DNA of 63,886 nt, filler included, from Lama guanicoe (GCA_013239625.1; 80 parts of 78 records of this genome joined end to end with filler, not necessarily neighbours in it); one strand, 5' to 3'. Shown: positions 11,731 through 25,515, counted from the first letter of the whole stretch. The notes: generated by a model from the letters alone, not told the origin. Translations and numbers: made by a program.

Positions 11731-12186
11731 ATGCTCAGATTTGAGGGTTAAGCGTGTGTGAAAGCCGTCCTTCACCTACGTTGTTGGGAGCACAAAGTTT
11801 CTCTTCATTTGCAAAATACACTCAATAAATATATATATGGGGAGGTACAAGCTCCAACTCGATTTTACTTTGAAAAATGCAGGAACTTCAAACCAGCACT
11901 AGGAAACAGACTGAGAAACCAGAGTAAGTGTTTCTCCTGCAACCTGTTCCCTTTGTGCTAGATGAACGAACGTCCCTACACATGCTCAGATTTGAGGGTT
12001 AAGCGTGTGTGAAAGCCGTCCTTCACCTACCTTGTTGGGAGAACAAGGTTTCTCTTCATTTGCAAACTACACTCCATACATATATATGTGGAGGTACAAG
12101 CTCCAAGTCTGTTTTATGGTGAAAACTGCAGGAACTTCCAACTGGCACAAGGAAACCGACTGAGAATCCAGAGTAAGTGTTTCTCC
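11731..12186 (+). repeat. Satellite family A
   Basis: atgctcagatttgagggttaagcgtgtgtgaaagccg at 11731 and 11982 (period 251). Confidence 0.96.
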
Positions 12187-12286
12187 NNNNNNNNNNNNNN
12201 NNNNNNNNNNNNNNNNNNNNNNNNNNNNNNTTAATTAATTAANNNNNNNNNNNNNNNNNNNNNNNNNNNNNNNNNNNNNNNNNNNN

Positions 12287-13094
12287 ATTAAATTTACTTA
12301 AAAATTTACCACACCACATTAGTATTTTTTTTTTTTGACAAATCTACAATGGATGTTAAAGGATCTTATTTGACTTTCATTAAACCTAGGTACAGTAAAG
12401 GTATTATACTTATTATTGATGAATTTAAAGATGTCTATATTAATTAGAACATACTTAAACAATACTTAATATCAAATATTATCTTAATATTGAATATTTT
12501 CCAGTACACGTGAACCTGAAGGTCAATTTGGTCAGTTTTTATTTTAAAAATACTTAATTTGTAACCTCTTATTTTTTACATCAATTAAGCAGAGCTCTTT
12601 GACTTTGTTTTTTGTATTTTTTTTTCCGGTGTATAAATATCTCACATCTATAATGTCTACTCCGGCTTATAAAGAGACAAAAGCTAGAGATCTCATAGGT
12701 TCACTTTACAACTTACCTATGAGATAGGGATAATAATAGTTGGAGTAAGCTGAATTTGCTTGCTCAAATCACTAAGGCTTACTATTTATGAAACAGACAT
12801 AAAAGATTTCTTGACAAATCTGAAGGACCCGTCAGAGTTCTCAGTTCTAAAATGCGAAAACTTTCTTTGGCCTTAAGTTTTATCTCGTTGAGCTAATTAG
12901 GTTCACACTTAGGTCACTGATGTATTTACATTTCTGATCTGCAAGACAAAGACACATGTGTCCAGTTCTCCAGAGAACTGCTCTGTCACCCAGGCCCAAT
13001 TGCATCTCCTTAATTTGCTTTTTTAAATCAGTGTGAAGAGCTGTAAACAAAGAACTCCATGTGTTAAAACTTTAAAGTTTACTTTATCTTGTCT
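12287..13094 (-). mobile_element. Possible ERV1 (MER4-group-like) non-coding internal fragment
   Basis: AT-rich sequence with the texture of non-autonomous ERV1 internal regions; no coding homology recognised. Confidence 0.3.
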
Positions 13095-14249
13095 NNNNNN
13101 NNNNNNNNNNNNNNNNNNNNNNNNNNNNNNNNNNNNNNTTAATTAATTAANNNNNNNNNNNNNNNNNNNNNNNNNNNNNNNNNNNNNNNNNNNNTGTCTT
13201 TGGCTCCACACCCACATCATCTTCCCAAATGAAAATCTTGCTGGCCAAGAGCCACTGAGACCCAACAGATAAATGGAGACAGCAGATTTCCATAATCTTT
13301 TCCACCAGGTCTCCTTTGCAGACCCACTTGGGCAGCCCAAACTGCTTGATTTCAAAGAGTTGGTTATTGTCTTTTCTCTGATCCTCCAATTCTCCCTTTT
13401 AGAAATTTATGGCCCCAGCAATACACACAATTTGGGGAAGTGCTATCACATATCTAACCCTTTTTTACATAATACTCATATTTGTCTTCATTTTCAGATT
13501 GAATCTGACAGACATAACTTTGATGAGATCACATTGCTATTAAATGTCATTATTGAAAATCAAATATTTCTTACTATTTCTCAATCTTGAAAGAAAGAAT
13601 ATTTCCAAAAAAAAAAAAAAAAAAGAGGAGTTGTTAGGGTATCTATTTACTAAATATGAAGTTGGGAGTAAGGAATAAGAGGTAAAGAATTAGCTATAAA
13701 TTACTCAATTTATCCCAGAGTTTCTTCCAAAAGCCATAGATTGGTTATTCAACAATGCAAACAAAGGCTAGATGATTCAATTTCAGATTACCCTTAGAGG
13801 TCTGAAAAAAAACTTTTAAACAAGATTCAGGTATGACACGTGAGTCATCCTCTAACCACCAAAATGACCCTTTACTTAACTCTGCCTTTTTAGAAGGCAT
13901 AGATGAAGAATTGGCTATTCCAAATAAAAGACAAGTTAAGTTGGTCTGCATCATATACAAATGCCCTTGTCACACTGGCTGATCCACTTTCCAAAACCAT
14001 TNNNNNNNNNNNNNNNNNNNNNNNNNNNNNNNNNNNNNNNNNNNNTTAATTAATTAANNNNNNNNNNNNNNNNNNNNNNNNNNNNNNNNNNNNNNNNNNN
14101 NACTGTTGAATTCATTATATTCACTACTACTGTCATTAAAAAAAAAAAGAAAAGACTTCTAAAAATCTTGGCCGCTAAAATAGAGTTTCTAGTGATGTAA
14201 TCTGAGTATCAGTCAACTATGACATAATCTCATTGAAGAGGCTGAGGTT

Positions 14250-14320
14250 AGATTTGCATTCCCAACAAGCTCTCAGATTATTCCAGTTTCCAGTCCACTG
14301 ACCACACTCTGGAGAGCAAG
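14250..14320. mobile_element. MER5-like hAT DNA transposon remnant
   Basis: gatttgcattcccaacaagctctcag...gaccacactctggagagc resembles the recalled MER5A terminus. Confidence 0.45.
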
Positions 14321-15015
14321 ACGATCAGAGGCAGTCGGGTAGACAACACCATCTTAAAAAGCTTTGATAGAATTTATTTCTTCTAACAAGCTTGCCATCT
14401 CTTGGTTACTAAAAGGTACTGAAATAATTAAAAATTATAAAGCTTCTTCATTAACATAGAATGGTGGCCATAATAATAGAAAACCTATTTTCTACCACCA
14501 TTTTTCTCCCCCTCCAGCTGAATTGTATAAGTTTATGCTCAAATTATTGTCTGCTTGAATATTCTGTAAGAATATAAGATTTTTTTTCACCGTGTGAGAT
14601 GTTCCATTCTTGTGTAGTCTGGTTCTAAGTTTTTTTTTNNNNNNNNNNNNNNNNNNNNNNNNNNNNNNNNNNNNNNNNNNNNNNNNNNNNNNNNNNNNNN
14701 NNNNNAATTTTGTAATTTAGAAAAACTTTAATTAGCTAACATCGTCCTGATATTTTTCTAATGAAATTCTCCAATTATGTGTATATTTGTAATTAAATCA
14801 ACACCACAGCTTAATAATATTGCCTTGCTCACCCTATGTACTTTCAGTATGTATTAAATTATTTTACAGTACAAAGCAATACATTTATAACAGTCTATCT
14901 ACTAGATGTAGTAACNNNNNNNNNNNNNNNNNNNNNNNNNNNNNNNNNNNNNNNNNNNNTTAATTAATTAANNNNNNNNNNNNNNNNNNNNNNNNNNNNN
15001 NNNNNNNNNNNNNNN

Positions 15016-15802
15016 GATAGGAAGAAGCTACGAAGTCAAAGTAAATATTTCAAATTGCATAAGTAAATAGTTATGGTTGAAACATCAGTCATGTGCATGT
15101 CCACAAATAAGAAATGCATGATTAAGGAATCCGTGTTGCATCAAACATGTTCGGAATTTGGAATGCCATGGTTATGTAAACAATATAAATTACATATATA
15201 TTGGTGAGAATTCGCTCAGTGTGTGTTTTCTGGTTCCAAAAGTCCGATTTTAGAGCCTGGTGATAGGAAAAACCTATGAAGTCAGACTAAATAATTCAAA
15301 GTGTATATATCCCTTTTTTGGTGGATGAAAGTTCACTAAGCCACATGCTCACAACTCAGAAACTCATGTTTGTCGAATCCGTAATGCATGTAACATGCAC
15401 GGAACACGGAATACCATGTTGATGAATTCATGTAAATTACATATCTGTTTGGTGGAAATAGCTCAAGAAGTATTTTTCCGTGAAAAATGCACGAATTCGA
15501 AACTTGTGTTAGGGAAAGCTTGTGAAAATGTGTACACGAGTCTAGATGAAAATATTCCATTTAAAAAATATTCCATTTATAGAGGTTGAAAGATCAATAA
15601 TCCACATGCTCTCAACCCAGGAATGCATATTTGTCGAAACCATCATGCATGTAGCATGTACGGATCATGGAATATAATGTTGATGGAATCTATTCAAATT
15701 ATGTATCACTAGGGAAGAATTCACTCCAAGAGTGTTTTTCTGGGATGAAAGTCTGATTCATGAAACTGGTGATAGGAAGAATCTACGAAGTCAAGGTAAA
15801 TA
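15016..15802 (+). repeat. Satellite family E (~246-bp monomers in a ~755-bp trimer)
   Basis: gataggaaga..tacgaagtcaa.gtaaata at 15016 and 15771, with weaker copies at 15262 and 15508; CATG-rich. Confidence 0.88.
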
Positions 15803-15902
15803 NNNNNNNNNNNNNNNNNNNNNNNNNNNNNNNNNNNNNNNNNNNNTTAATTAATTAANNNNNNNNNNNNNNNNNNNNNNNNNNNNNNNNNNNNNNNNNN
15901 NN

Positions 15903-16677
15903 CCCCCTAGCATTAACTGGCACAGAGAGATTAGGAAAAGCCTCAGGGAAGGGCAGCTCAGTCATACCTTTGGAACCCACGTGCTGCCGACCGTTGGTGG
16001 AACCTCCCCACGCTCAGGGTTCCGGAACAATTGTCAGTGCGTGGGGGAGCTCGAGAGACAGTTCCACGCAGCTCTCTTCAGTCACAGGTGTTCCCTGTNN
16101 NNNNNNNNNNNNNNNNNNNNNNNNNNNNNNNNNNNNNNNNNNNNNNNNNNNNNNNNNNNNNNNNNNNNNNNNNNNNNNNNNNNNNNNNNNNNNNNNNNNN
16201 NNNNNNNAGGGGAGACCAGCTCTGGCATTCCGTTGGAACCCACGCACTGCCGACCGTTGGTGGAACTTCCCACGCTCAGGGTTCCGGAAAAATTGTCAGT
16301 GCGTGTGGGAGCTCGAGAGACACCTCCACGCAGCTCTCTTCAGTCACAGGTGTTCCCTGTCCGGGGAAGTCCGAGAAATATCTTCCCAGAACTTGGGGAG
16401 GCAGCCTCTGTCACTGGGATTTCCTGCAAACCCCCCTAGCATTCCCTGGCACAGAGACATTAGGAAATCCCTCAGGGGAGACCAGCTCTGGCATTCCGTT
16501 GGAACCCACGCACTGCCGACCGTTGGTGGAACTTCCCAGGCTCAGGGTTCCGGAACAATTGTCAGTGCGTGGGGGAGCTCGAGAGACAGTTCCACGCAAC
16601 TCTCTTCAGTCACAAGTGTTCCCTGTCCGGGGAAGTCCGAGAAATATCTTCCCAGAACTTGGGGAGGCAGCCTCTGT
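15903..16677 (+). repeat. Satellite family B
   Basis: Near-identical adjacent monomers, period 266 (accagctctggc at 16215 and 16481). Confidence 0.97.
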
Positions 16678-17909
16678 NNNNNNNNNNNNNNNNNNNNNNN
16701 NNNNNNNNNNNNNNNNNNNNNTTAATTAATTAANNNNNNNNNNNNNNNNNNNNNNNNNNNNNNNNNNNNNNNNNNNNAAAAAATAATATAGACATAGTTA
16801 TCAAGGCAGAGTCTCATGTTTTTATCTTATCTTTTAGGATTCCGGCATTCATATTCAACAGAAAGTGGTAAATAAATTAGATCCTGAATTGCTAAGAAAT
16901 TAATACAGAAACTGTTTATGAGAAATTAAGACTCTCATATTTTTTCCTTAATCCTGTAGATACTTCGTATGATGATCAAGGTAAGTATATATAGAGATTA
17001 TGGAAAAATTAAAGGAAAATCCATGTTTGTTTCCTGTTATAACATAAGGGGCTATAAAACCTACCAGGTAAAAAGTCAAGTAACCAAAGTAGCACATAGA
17101 AGATTCTGAGATATGTTCAGAAATGTTCACCTTCACACTGTGAGGGACATTTTTCCCAGTGCTATTCAATTCCTTTCTCATTCGCCTCCTAATCAGTTAA
17201 CAAAAGTAATCTGAGTACTCAAGAGAAATTTGGTATCCCAGAGCTCAGAAATGCTAACCACTTAGTGAGCCTTTCTTAATATAAATGGAAGAATAAGTCC
17301 CTGACAACTCATCACATTAGGGTAGGACCTGTGTGTACTGAAATTCCAAGGTCACAAAAAAGTGCTGCTATTGTCTACTGCTTTTTGAGGTTTGTTTCCT
17401 TTTTTTTTAATTAATAGACTTTATTTTTTAGAGCAGTTTCAGGTTCANNNNNNNNNNNNNNNNNNNNNNNNNNNNNNNNNNNNNNNNNNNNTTAATTAAT
17501 TAANNNNNNNNNNNNNNNNNNNNNNNNNNNNNNNNNNNNNNNNNNNNACACCATTCACACTTCTGATAAATTACCTGCTCTTACTTATTTAAAAATATTG
17601 CAGAAAAGGTTTTGGATATTCCCTATATCAAACAAATCAACCTTGACGGGTGGGGAGTATCTTCATTATAAAGTGAAAAATAAAGGTAAGAGAGCCATGG
17701 TTACATGTATGTTAATGTAACAATACCTTCTTAATTCATTCAGGACTTTACAATCTTTCTAAATATGCCAAGGATTCACTGTCACTGCGCAATGTTTTTC
17801 ACTATTATAATCTTTGGAATTGAGAGGCTTCTGATGACCCTGCTTTGTGCATCTCTACATAAAAGAAAATAACAAAACAGAGAAAAAATACCTATTGAAG
17901 ATAATTTAG

Positions 17910-18062
17910 GGGGGAGGGTATAGCTCAAGTGAAAGATCATATGCTTAACATGCACAGGGGCCTGGGTACAATACCCAGTACTTCTTCTAAAAATAAAATA
18001 AATAAAAACCTAATTACCACCCCCTGTAAAATTAATTAATTACTTTAATAAAAAGTTTAAAA
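17910..18062 (+). mobile_element. tRNA-derived camelid SINE (vic-1-like) with 12-bp TSD
   Basis: ggggagggtatagctcaagtg (A box) ... cctgggtacaatacccagtac (B box) and an A-rich tail. TSD AAGATAATTTAG at 17898-17909 and 18063-18074. Confidence 0.9.
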
Positions 18063-18373
18063 AAGATAATTTAGTGCAGGCTTATCAGGCTACAAGAGCT
18101 ACAATGAATGCCCCCCCATTAATTTAGAAAAAGTCTCACAGTATTTCCCAACATAAATGCTAAAATATAATTCAGAACACATTCTGATGGTCAGTATGAT
18201 TTTAACAAAAAGTAGATAATTAACTCCCTGGTGTCAAAGCTCTGTCAGAGATGTGCACAGAAGATTTAGTAAANNNNNNNNNNNNNNNNNNNNNNNNNNN
18301 NNNNNNNNNNNNNNNNNTTAATTAATTAANNNNNNNNNNNNNNNNNNNNNNNNNNNNNNNNNNNNNNNNNNNN

Positions 18374-19159
18374 CGTTAGAACCCACGCGCTGCCGTCCGT
18401 TGGTCGTACCTCCCCAAGCTCAAGATTCCGGAACCGTAATAAGTGTGTGGGGGAGCTCGAGACACAACTCCACGCAGCTCTCTTAGGTCACAGGTGTTCC
18501 CTGTTCGGGGAAAGTCAAAGAAATACTTTCCTTGACTTTGGGGTGGCAGCCGATGAGCCTGGGAATTGCAGCGCAGATCCCTAGCATTCCCTGGCAGCCA
18601 GACATTTGGAAAACCATCAGGGGAGACGAGAGAGACGAGCTTAGGCATTCCATTAGAACCCAAGCGCTACCGAAAGTTGGTGGAACCTTCCCACGCTCAG
18701 GATTCCGGAACCATAATCAGTGCGTGGTGGAGCTCGAGAGACAACTCCATGCAGCTCTCTTCAGTCACAGGTGTTACCGGTTCACGGGAAGCCCGAGAAA
18801 TACCTTCCCTGACCTTCGGGATACAGCCTCAATCACTGGGATTTCCTGAACCCCCCGCTAAAATTCCCTGGCAGAGAGATATTAGGAAAACCCAGGGGTG
18901 ACGAGCTTACGCATTCCATTGGAACCCACGCGCTGACGACCATTGTTGGAACCTCCCGACTCTCAGCTTTCCGTTAAAATTGTCAGTGCATGGGGGAGCT
19001 CGAGAGACAACTCCACGCAGCTCTCTTCAGTCACAGGTGTTCCCGGTTCGAGGGAAGTCCAAGAAATAACTTCCCTAACTTATGGAGGCAGCCTCTGACT
19101 CTGGGATTTACTGTAAAGCTCCCTAGCGTTCCCTGGCACAGAGACATTAGGAAAACCCT
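18374..19159 (+). repeat. Satellite family B (more diverged monomers)
   Basis: Three B monomers with scattered substitutions and a small gagacga duplication near 18623-18638. Confidence 0.95.
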
Positions 19160-19924
19160 NNNNNNNNNNNNNNNNNNNNNNNNNNNNNNNNNNNNNNNNN
19201 NNNTTAATTAATTAANNNNNNNNNNNNNNNNNNNNNNNNNNNNNNNNNNNNNNNNNNNNAGGTGGAGGACTGGGAGACCCCTGCTTGGTGGCGAGCCACA
19301 GGAGCCCGCACTTGAAGGACAAAGTGAAGAGTAGTGGGGCGGGCATAGGAACAAAGGATGGTTGAGACCCAGGATAGTTTCCTGGAGGCCAGCAGGTGAG
19401 ACTGGTGGGGCAGATGGGGCCCTGGTGCATGGGCAGTCCTTGAGGGATCTGAAGCAAAAAAGCAAAGATATGAACCAAGATACTGGATTCGTGTGGGGGT
19501 AAAACGCCCCCTGGAGGCCGCGTGGCAGTGCAGTGAGCCCAGGAGGAGCGGGCACTTCCCCAAAGTTGGGTTGACAGGTCACAACCAACTCACTGGGAAC
19601 CGAGAGGTACAGAGATATTGTTCACTTTTTGTCCCTTTTCCTGGAAAATAATTGCTTCCTGTTAAATAGCCTGTGTAGTTAGTGAGAATTAAAGACATGA
19701 AGTAACATTTCCTCAAANNNNNNNNNNNNNNNNNNNNNNNNNNNNNNNNNNNNNNNNNNNNNNNNNNNNNNNNNNNNNNNNNNNNNNNNNNNNNNNNNNN
19801 NNNNNNNNNNNNNNNNNNNNNNNNNNNNNNNNNNNNNNNNNNNNNNNNNNNNNNNNNNNNNNNNNNNNNNNNNNNNNNNNNNNNNNNNNGTCCTGCTGTT
19901 CCAGGAACTCTGTGTTCATGACAA

Positions 19925-20150
19925 ACCAATGAGGTGGCACTTTACAGGAAGGACAGTCATTAATCACACAGCTAGTAAATGGCAGAGCTGGGACTTGAAC
20001 CCAAGCTGTCTGGCCCCAGAGCCCCCTCTCAGGCCCTTCAGTGCAACTCATCACTTGATATGCCCAACACAGGCCAGCATTAAAGAGCGGCGTGACCTTG
20101 GCCAAGGCTGCTTCACCGCTTGGCCTCTGTTTCTTCATCTGTAGAATGGG
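19925..20150. mobile_element. MIR SINE remnants (two pieces, opposite orientation)
   Basis: cacacagctagtaaatggcagagctgggacttgaaccc and gtgaccttggccaag...ctctgtttcttcatctgtagaatggg are MIR core motifs. Confidence 0.7.
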
Positions 20151-20266
20151 GGTGTGGGCAGTGAATNNNNNNNNNNNNNNNNNNNNNNNNNNNNNNNNNN
20201 NNNNNNNNNNTTAATTAATTAANNNNNNNNNNNNNNNNNNNNNNNNNNNNNNNNNNNNNNNNNNNN

Positions 20267-21376
20267 CTGTTTACTAGAAGAAAAATATAACCTGTATTTA
20301 CAAAAATCGTTAAATAGAAGTGCAGATTTAAACAGCTCCCTTGGCGAACTGTACAAAAATACAAAGCAGAACTTATTCTCTTCAAACTATTTAAATATAA
20401 TGAAGATGTGGGAAACACCCAAATGAATTTTATGAAGCTTTCACCACCCTGATAGTAAAGCCAACAAACAAAGTACGGGCAAAGAAAATTTCAAGCCGAT
20501 ATATCTGATAGGTTTAGATGCAGAAATTCTACAAAATATTATTAGCAAACTAAATCCAGCAATACCTAAAATGAATCATACACCATGATCAAATTTGATT
20601 CATTGCAGTGTCACAAGAGCGGTTCAACATACACAAATCAATCAGTTTGATACAGAATATTAACAAAAGAAAAAGAGGCAATGATATGGTCATCCCAATA
20701 AATCCATAAAAAGCACTTCATAAACTTCAAAATTTATTCATTAAAACAGCAACAACAGCAANNNNNNNNNNNNNNNNNNNNNNNNNNNNNNNNNNNNNNN
20801 NNNNNNNNNNNNNNNNNNNNNNNNNNNNNNNNNNNNNNNNNNNNNNNNNNNNNNNNNNNNNNNNNNNNNNNNNNNNNNNNNNNNNNNNNNNNNNNNNNNN
20901 NNNNNNNNNNNNNNNNNNNNNNNNNNNNNNNNNNNNNNNNNNNNNNNNNNNNNNNNNNNNNNNNNNNNNNNNNNNNNNNNNNNNNNNNNNNNNNNNNNNN
21001 NNNNNNNNNNNNNNNNNNNNNNNNNNNNNNNNNNNNNNNNNNNNNNNNNNNNNNNNNNNNNNNNNNNNNNNNNNNNNNNNNNNAGAGAACCCTAAAGATT
21101 CTCCACACCAAAACAACTAAAACTAATAAAGACACTTAGCAGAGTAGCATTATTCATGATAAATATACAAGAATTGTCACATTTCTTTACACTAACAATG
21201 AAATATTCCATAATTTTAAAAAATGCACATGAAATCAGATCAAAAAATGATATACCTATGAAAAGACCATGATAATAATATCTATAGGACACTGATAAAG
21301 ATATTTAAAGATGGTGCAAAGAAATGCAAAGAAATCTCAAAGTCTTAGAGGAATTAATATTGTTAAAATATACATA
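20267..21376 (+). mobile_element. LINE-1 ORF2 (RT region) fragment, decayed, with internal gap
   Basis: gatgcagaaattct..caaaatattattagcaaac..atccagcaatac..catacaccatgatcaa and gagaaccctaaagattctcc match L1 ORF2; many stops. Confidence 0.9.
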
Positions 21377-22920
21377 NNNNNNNNNNNNNNNNNNNNNNNN
21401 NNNNNNNNNNNNNNNNNNNNTTAATTAATTAANNNNNNNNNNNNNNNNNNNNNNNNNNNNNNNNNNNNNNNNNNNNCAAGGTTTTGGGTCAAATCTGCCC
21501 ATCCTTGGATGATGCCCACTCACGATGGTGCAGGAAGGTCCGTTCTTGGGTTAAAGTGAGACTCCTGTTCCCCCATCTGCCTGTCTTCATTTTCTCTCTT
21601 TCCTGCAGTCCTCACCCAGCCACTGAATCAGTGTCCACATCAGGAATGTGGGGGACTCTGCTCCTGGGAATGTGGCTGGGGGAGACGGAAGGAGCCCCCT
21701 GCTACCTTCTGGGTGAGCAGCACGGGGAGCTGANNNNNNNNNNNGTTTGGGACCGACTTACTCTTTGGGTTCAGTGAGAGGAGGCAGATGCATGTCAACT
21801 ATCGAATAAACCCTGACGACCACAATACATTGAGGGTAAAGATGGAGGATGCTGGACGGAGCTAATCAGGAAGGCTTCCAGGAGGAGGTGACGATGACTC
21901 ATGATCAAGGCTTCCAGGAAGAGGTGGCCGTGAGGGTGATGGTTTCCTGGGAAGCTGAGGTCCTGAAGGACAGCTGTCCCCGGTTCGCCGAGTTGGAGAA
22001 AGTCCCTTGGTTGCTGCNNNNNNNNNNNNNNNNNNNNNNNNNNNNNNNNNNNNNNNNNNNNTTAATTAATTAANNNNNNNNNNNNNNNNNNNNNNNNNNN
22101 NNNNNNNNNNNNNNNNNCCTGGGGACCAGCAAGAAGAGGCATCATCCTTCAGCCACTCGAGGAGGGACGACGGGTCACCCCCACAAGGGGGGACAAAGAA
22201 ACTTCCTCCACGTCTCATATCGGACACCAAAGCCAATCCCAGAAAGATTAGAACTAAAACCTAGAAAGCAAAACCTGCAACGTGTAGACAGAAATATGCA
22301 GGAATATCTCCATGGCTCCTAGGTAGCAAAGGACTTCTTTTAAGAGACACAAAATGTGTTAACCATGAAAAAAAANNNNNNNNNNNNNNNNNNNNNNNNN
22401 NNNNNNNNNNNNNNNNNNNNNNNNNNNNNNNNNNNNNNNNNNNNNNNNNNNNNNNNNNNNNNNNNNNNNNNNNNNNNNNNNNNNNNNNNNNNNNNNNNNN
22501 NNNNNNNNNNNNNNNNNNNNNNNNNNNNNNNNNNNNNNNNNNNNNNNNNNNNNNNNNNNNNNNNNNNNNNNNNNNNNNNNNNNGCCCGTGTCGACTAGGC
22601 CCTCAGTTCACAGCTGTCAGCGGACATGACCTACAGGGGACAGAGGGACAGGCTAAGTGACACCAGAGGCAATCAGTGGAGAAAGCGGGTGTCCCACATG
22701 TGATTTCTTAGTGGTGAGGGGCTCTTAGTGTCTGCTTTATCAGGCTCTCCACACAGCAGGGATGGGGCATATGCAGCTATTTAAATGTAAAATAATTAAA
22801 ATTCAATAAAACTTAAAAATNNNNNNNNNNNNNNNNNNNNNNNNNNNNNNNNNNNNNNNNNNNNTTAATTAATTAANNNNNNNNNNNNNNNNNNNNNNNN
22901 NNNNNNNNNNNNNNNNNNNN

Positions 22921-23472
22921 TATGTTGGAAAAATTAAACTGTACTAAAGATAATCAACCTAATAACACTGGAATTTGGCTGGGAGAATTATGAACAATGC
23001 CTGTATAACATCTTCCCTAAAGATAAGGATTGGCACAAAACAGACTAAGTCAGATGACCTGAGGATACACTGAGCTGCATCTAATGGAAGTTTTTCAATT
23101 AAATTCTTACTTATGACTTTAGTAACACTGCTAAATACATTATTTGTATTTTGTCTGTTTTACAAAATTGTTTCTGCATTACCAAATGTTAACTAGGCCT
23201 CCAACAAGACTGAGCTAAACATCTGGAATAAATAGATAAAATTTATAACTCTGCATAGAATAATTGTAATAGTGTAATTCTAGGTATGTTTATCAATTTC
23301 TTTGATAATTGCTCTTACAATGAGGGGTAACAATTTCCTGGATCATAATAGACTAGTAAGTCAGATGATACAGAGAATTTTTGAGTATCAACAGGGCCAG
23401 ATCCAAAAATTAACACCTGAGTGACATGTCAACACTATCTTCCACATGACCTAGGAATAAGCCTTCCTAACA
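22921..23472 (+). mobile_element. Possible ERV internal fragment
   Basis: Composition resembles decayed ERV1 internal sequence; no intact frame. Confidence 0.25.
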
Positions 23473-23572
23473 NNNNNNNNNNNNNNNNNNNNNNNNNNNN
23501 NNNNNNNNNNNNNNNNTTAATTAATTAANNNNNNNNNNNNNNNNNNNNNNNNNNNNNNNNNNNNNNNNNNNN

Positions 23573-23760
23573 AAACAAGTTTATACTGTATAGTACAGGG
23601 AAATATATGCAAGGTCTTGTAATAGCTCATGGTGAAAACATATAAAAATGCATATATGTATATTCATGTATGACTGAAAAATTTATACACCAGAATTTGG
23701 CACATTGAAAACTGACTGTAACTCAATAAAATTTAAATAAATAAATACATAATAAATAAA
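23573..23760 (+). mobile_element. Young L1 3' end with AATAAA and A-rich tail
   Basis: aacaagtttatactgtatagtacagggaa..tatatgtatattcatgtatgactgaaaaa..actgactgtaactcaataaaa(taaa)n, typical of cetartiodactyl L1 3' ends. Confidence 0.85.
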
Positions 23761-24432
23761 CAACATATTCTTGGGTGACATTGGATCAAAGTAGAAACTC
23801 AAGGAGTAATTAGAAAATACTTTGAGACAAATGGAAATGAAAATACAACATACCAAAACTTATAAGAAAACAAAAGCAAAGAAATACCAATAAACACCTA
23901 CATCACAAAAGAAAAAGACTAAATTAACTTAAATTTTTACCTCAAAGAAGTAGAAAAAGAACAAACTAAGCCCAAAGTTAACAGAAGGGAAGAAATAATA
24001 AAATTCATAGCACAAATAAATAAAATTAGAAAATAGGAAAACAGTAGAAAAATAGACAAAACTGAGTTTGTTTTTGAAAAGAGAAAGCAAAATTGACAAG
24101 CCCTTAGCAAGATTAAGAGAAACAGAGAAGACTCAAATAAATAAATAACAAATGAAAGAGAAGATGTTACAGCAGATGCCACAGGTGTTGCTTTTTTTTT
24201 TAAGTATTAGAAACTATTTTGAACACTAAAATACCAATAAAGTGGACAACTTAGAAGTGGATAAGTTCCTAGAAGCATACAAGCTACCAAGATAGAATCA
24301 AGAATAAACTGAAAATTTGAACAGAACAAGAATAAATTAAAAGATTGTATCAGTAACCAAACATCTTCCAAGAAAGAAAAATCTCAGAATCTGTTGTCTT
24401 TACAGGCAAATCTACCATTTAAAAAGAAATTA
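23761..24432 (+). mobile_element. Older LINE-1 ORF2 fragment (downstream of the endonuclease domain)
   Basis: tttgagacaaatggaaatgaaaatacaacataccaaaacttat, gaacaaactaagcccaaagtta, aaaattgacaagcccttagc are L1 ORF2 motifs. Confidence 0.9.
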
Positions 24433-24532
24433 NNNNNNNNNNNNNNNNNNNNNNNNNNNNNNNNNNNNNNNNNNNNTTAATTAATTAANNNNNNNNNNNN
24501 NNNNNNNNNNNNNNNNNNNNNNNNNNNNNNNN

Positions 24533-25415
24533 GCAAAATATAGTATGAAGAATCTAGAATGAAAAACACAAAATATAGAATGTAGAATAGAGAATGTAGA
24601 ACCCAGAATTTAGAATATACAATGCAGAACACAGAATTTAGAATATAGAATACGGAATACTGAATATAGAATTTGGAATATAGAACGTAGAACACAGAAT
24701 ATATTGTAGAATACGGAAGCAGAATATAGAATAAAGAGTATAGAATTTAGAACACAGAATATAAATTATGGAAAACAGAATTCAGAACCAAATATAGAAT
24801 TTAGAACATAGAAAGCAGAAAACAGAATTTAGAAAATTGTATAGATTACACTGAATATAGAATTTAGAAAAAAGAATGCAGAACACAGAATTTATAATAT
24901 AGAATACAGACAACTGAATAGAGTATTTAGAATATAGAATGTAGAACAGAGAATATACAATAGAGATTATAGATTAAACAACACAGAATTTAGAATATAA
25001 AATACAGAACACAGAATTTAGAATATAGAATACGGAATACAGACAATAGAATTTAGAATTTAGTATGTAGAACACAGAAATTTGAATATAGAATACGGAA
25101 TGCAGAATATAGAATACAGAATATAGAATGTTGAAAACAGAATATAGAATATGGAAAAAAAATACAGATAACAGAATATTGAACATGGATTGCAGAACAC
25201 AGTAATTAGAATATAGAATACAGAATAGTGCATATTGAATTTAGAATATGGAATGTAGAACACAGAATATAGAATATAGAATATGGAATACTGAATAAAG
25301 AATTTATAATAGAGAATGGAAATGGAGAACATATAGAATGTAGGATACGGAATGCAGAATAGAGTTTACAGAATATAGAATGTAGAAAACAGAATATAGA
25401 ATATGAAACAAAGAA
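24533..25415 (-). repeat. Satellite family D, heptamer-based (AGAAT strand shown)
   Basis: Continuous 7-nt periodicity YAGAATW (tagaata, cagaatt, tagaaca). Confidence 0.95.
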
Positions 25416-25515
25416 NNNNNNNNNNNNNNNNNNNNNNNNNNNNNNNNNNNNNNNNNNNNTTAATTAATTAANNNNNNNNNNNNNNNNNNNNNNNNNNNNN
25501 NNNNNNNNNNNNNNN

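Noticed and set aside
16228..16245. CENP-B box in satellite B (ttccgttggaacccacg; also ttcggggaagtccgag)
   Set aside because: Resembles the left half of NTTCGNNNNANNCGGGN but lacks the essential CGGG; not a canonical box.
15970..16729. 150-250 aa ORFs in satellite B (also 18532-18901, 53708-54488)
   Set aside because: Stop-poor GC-rich tandem repeat; peptides cycle through frames with the monomer.
16839..16868. 30-nt micro-exon candidate (ttttAG|GATTCC...AGTG|GTAAAT)
   Set aside because: Too short to distinguish from chance splice-like motifs in AT-rich DNA.
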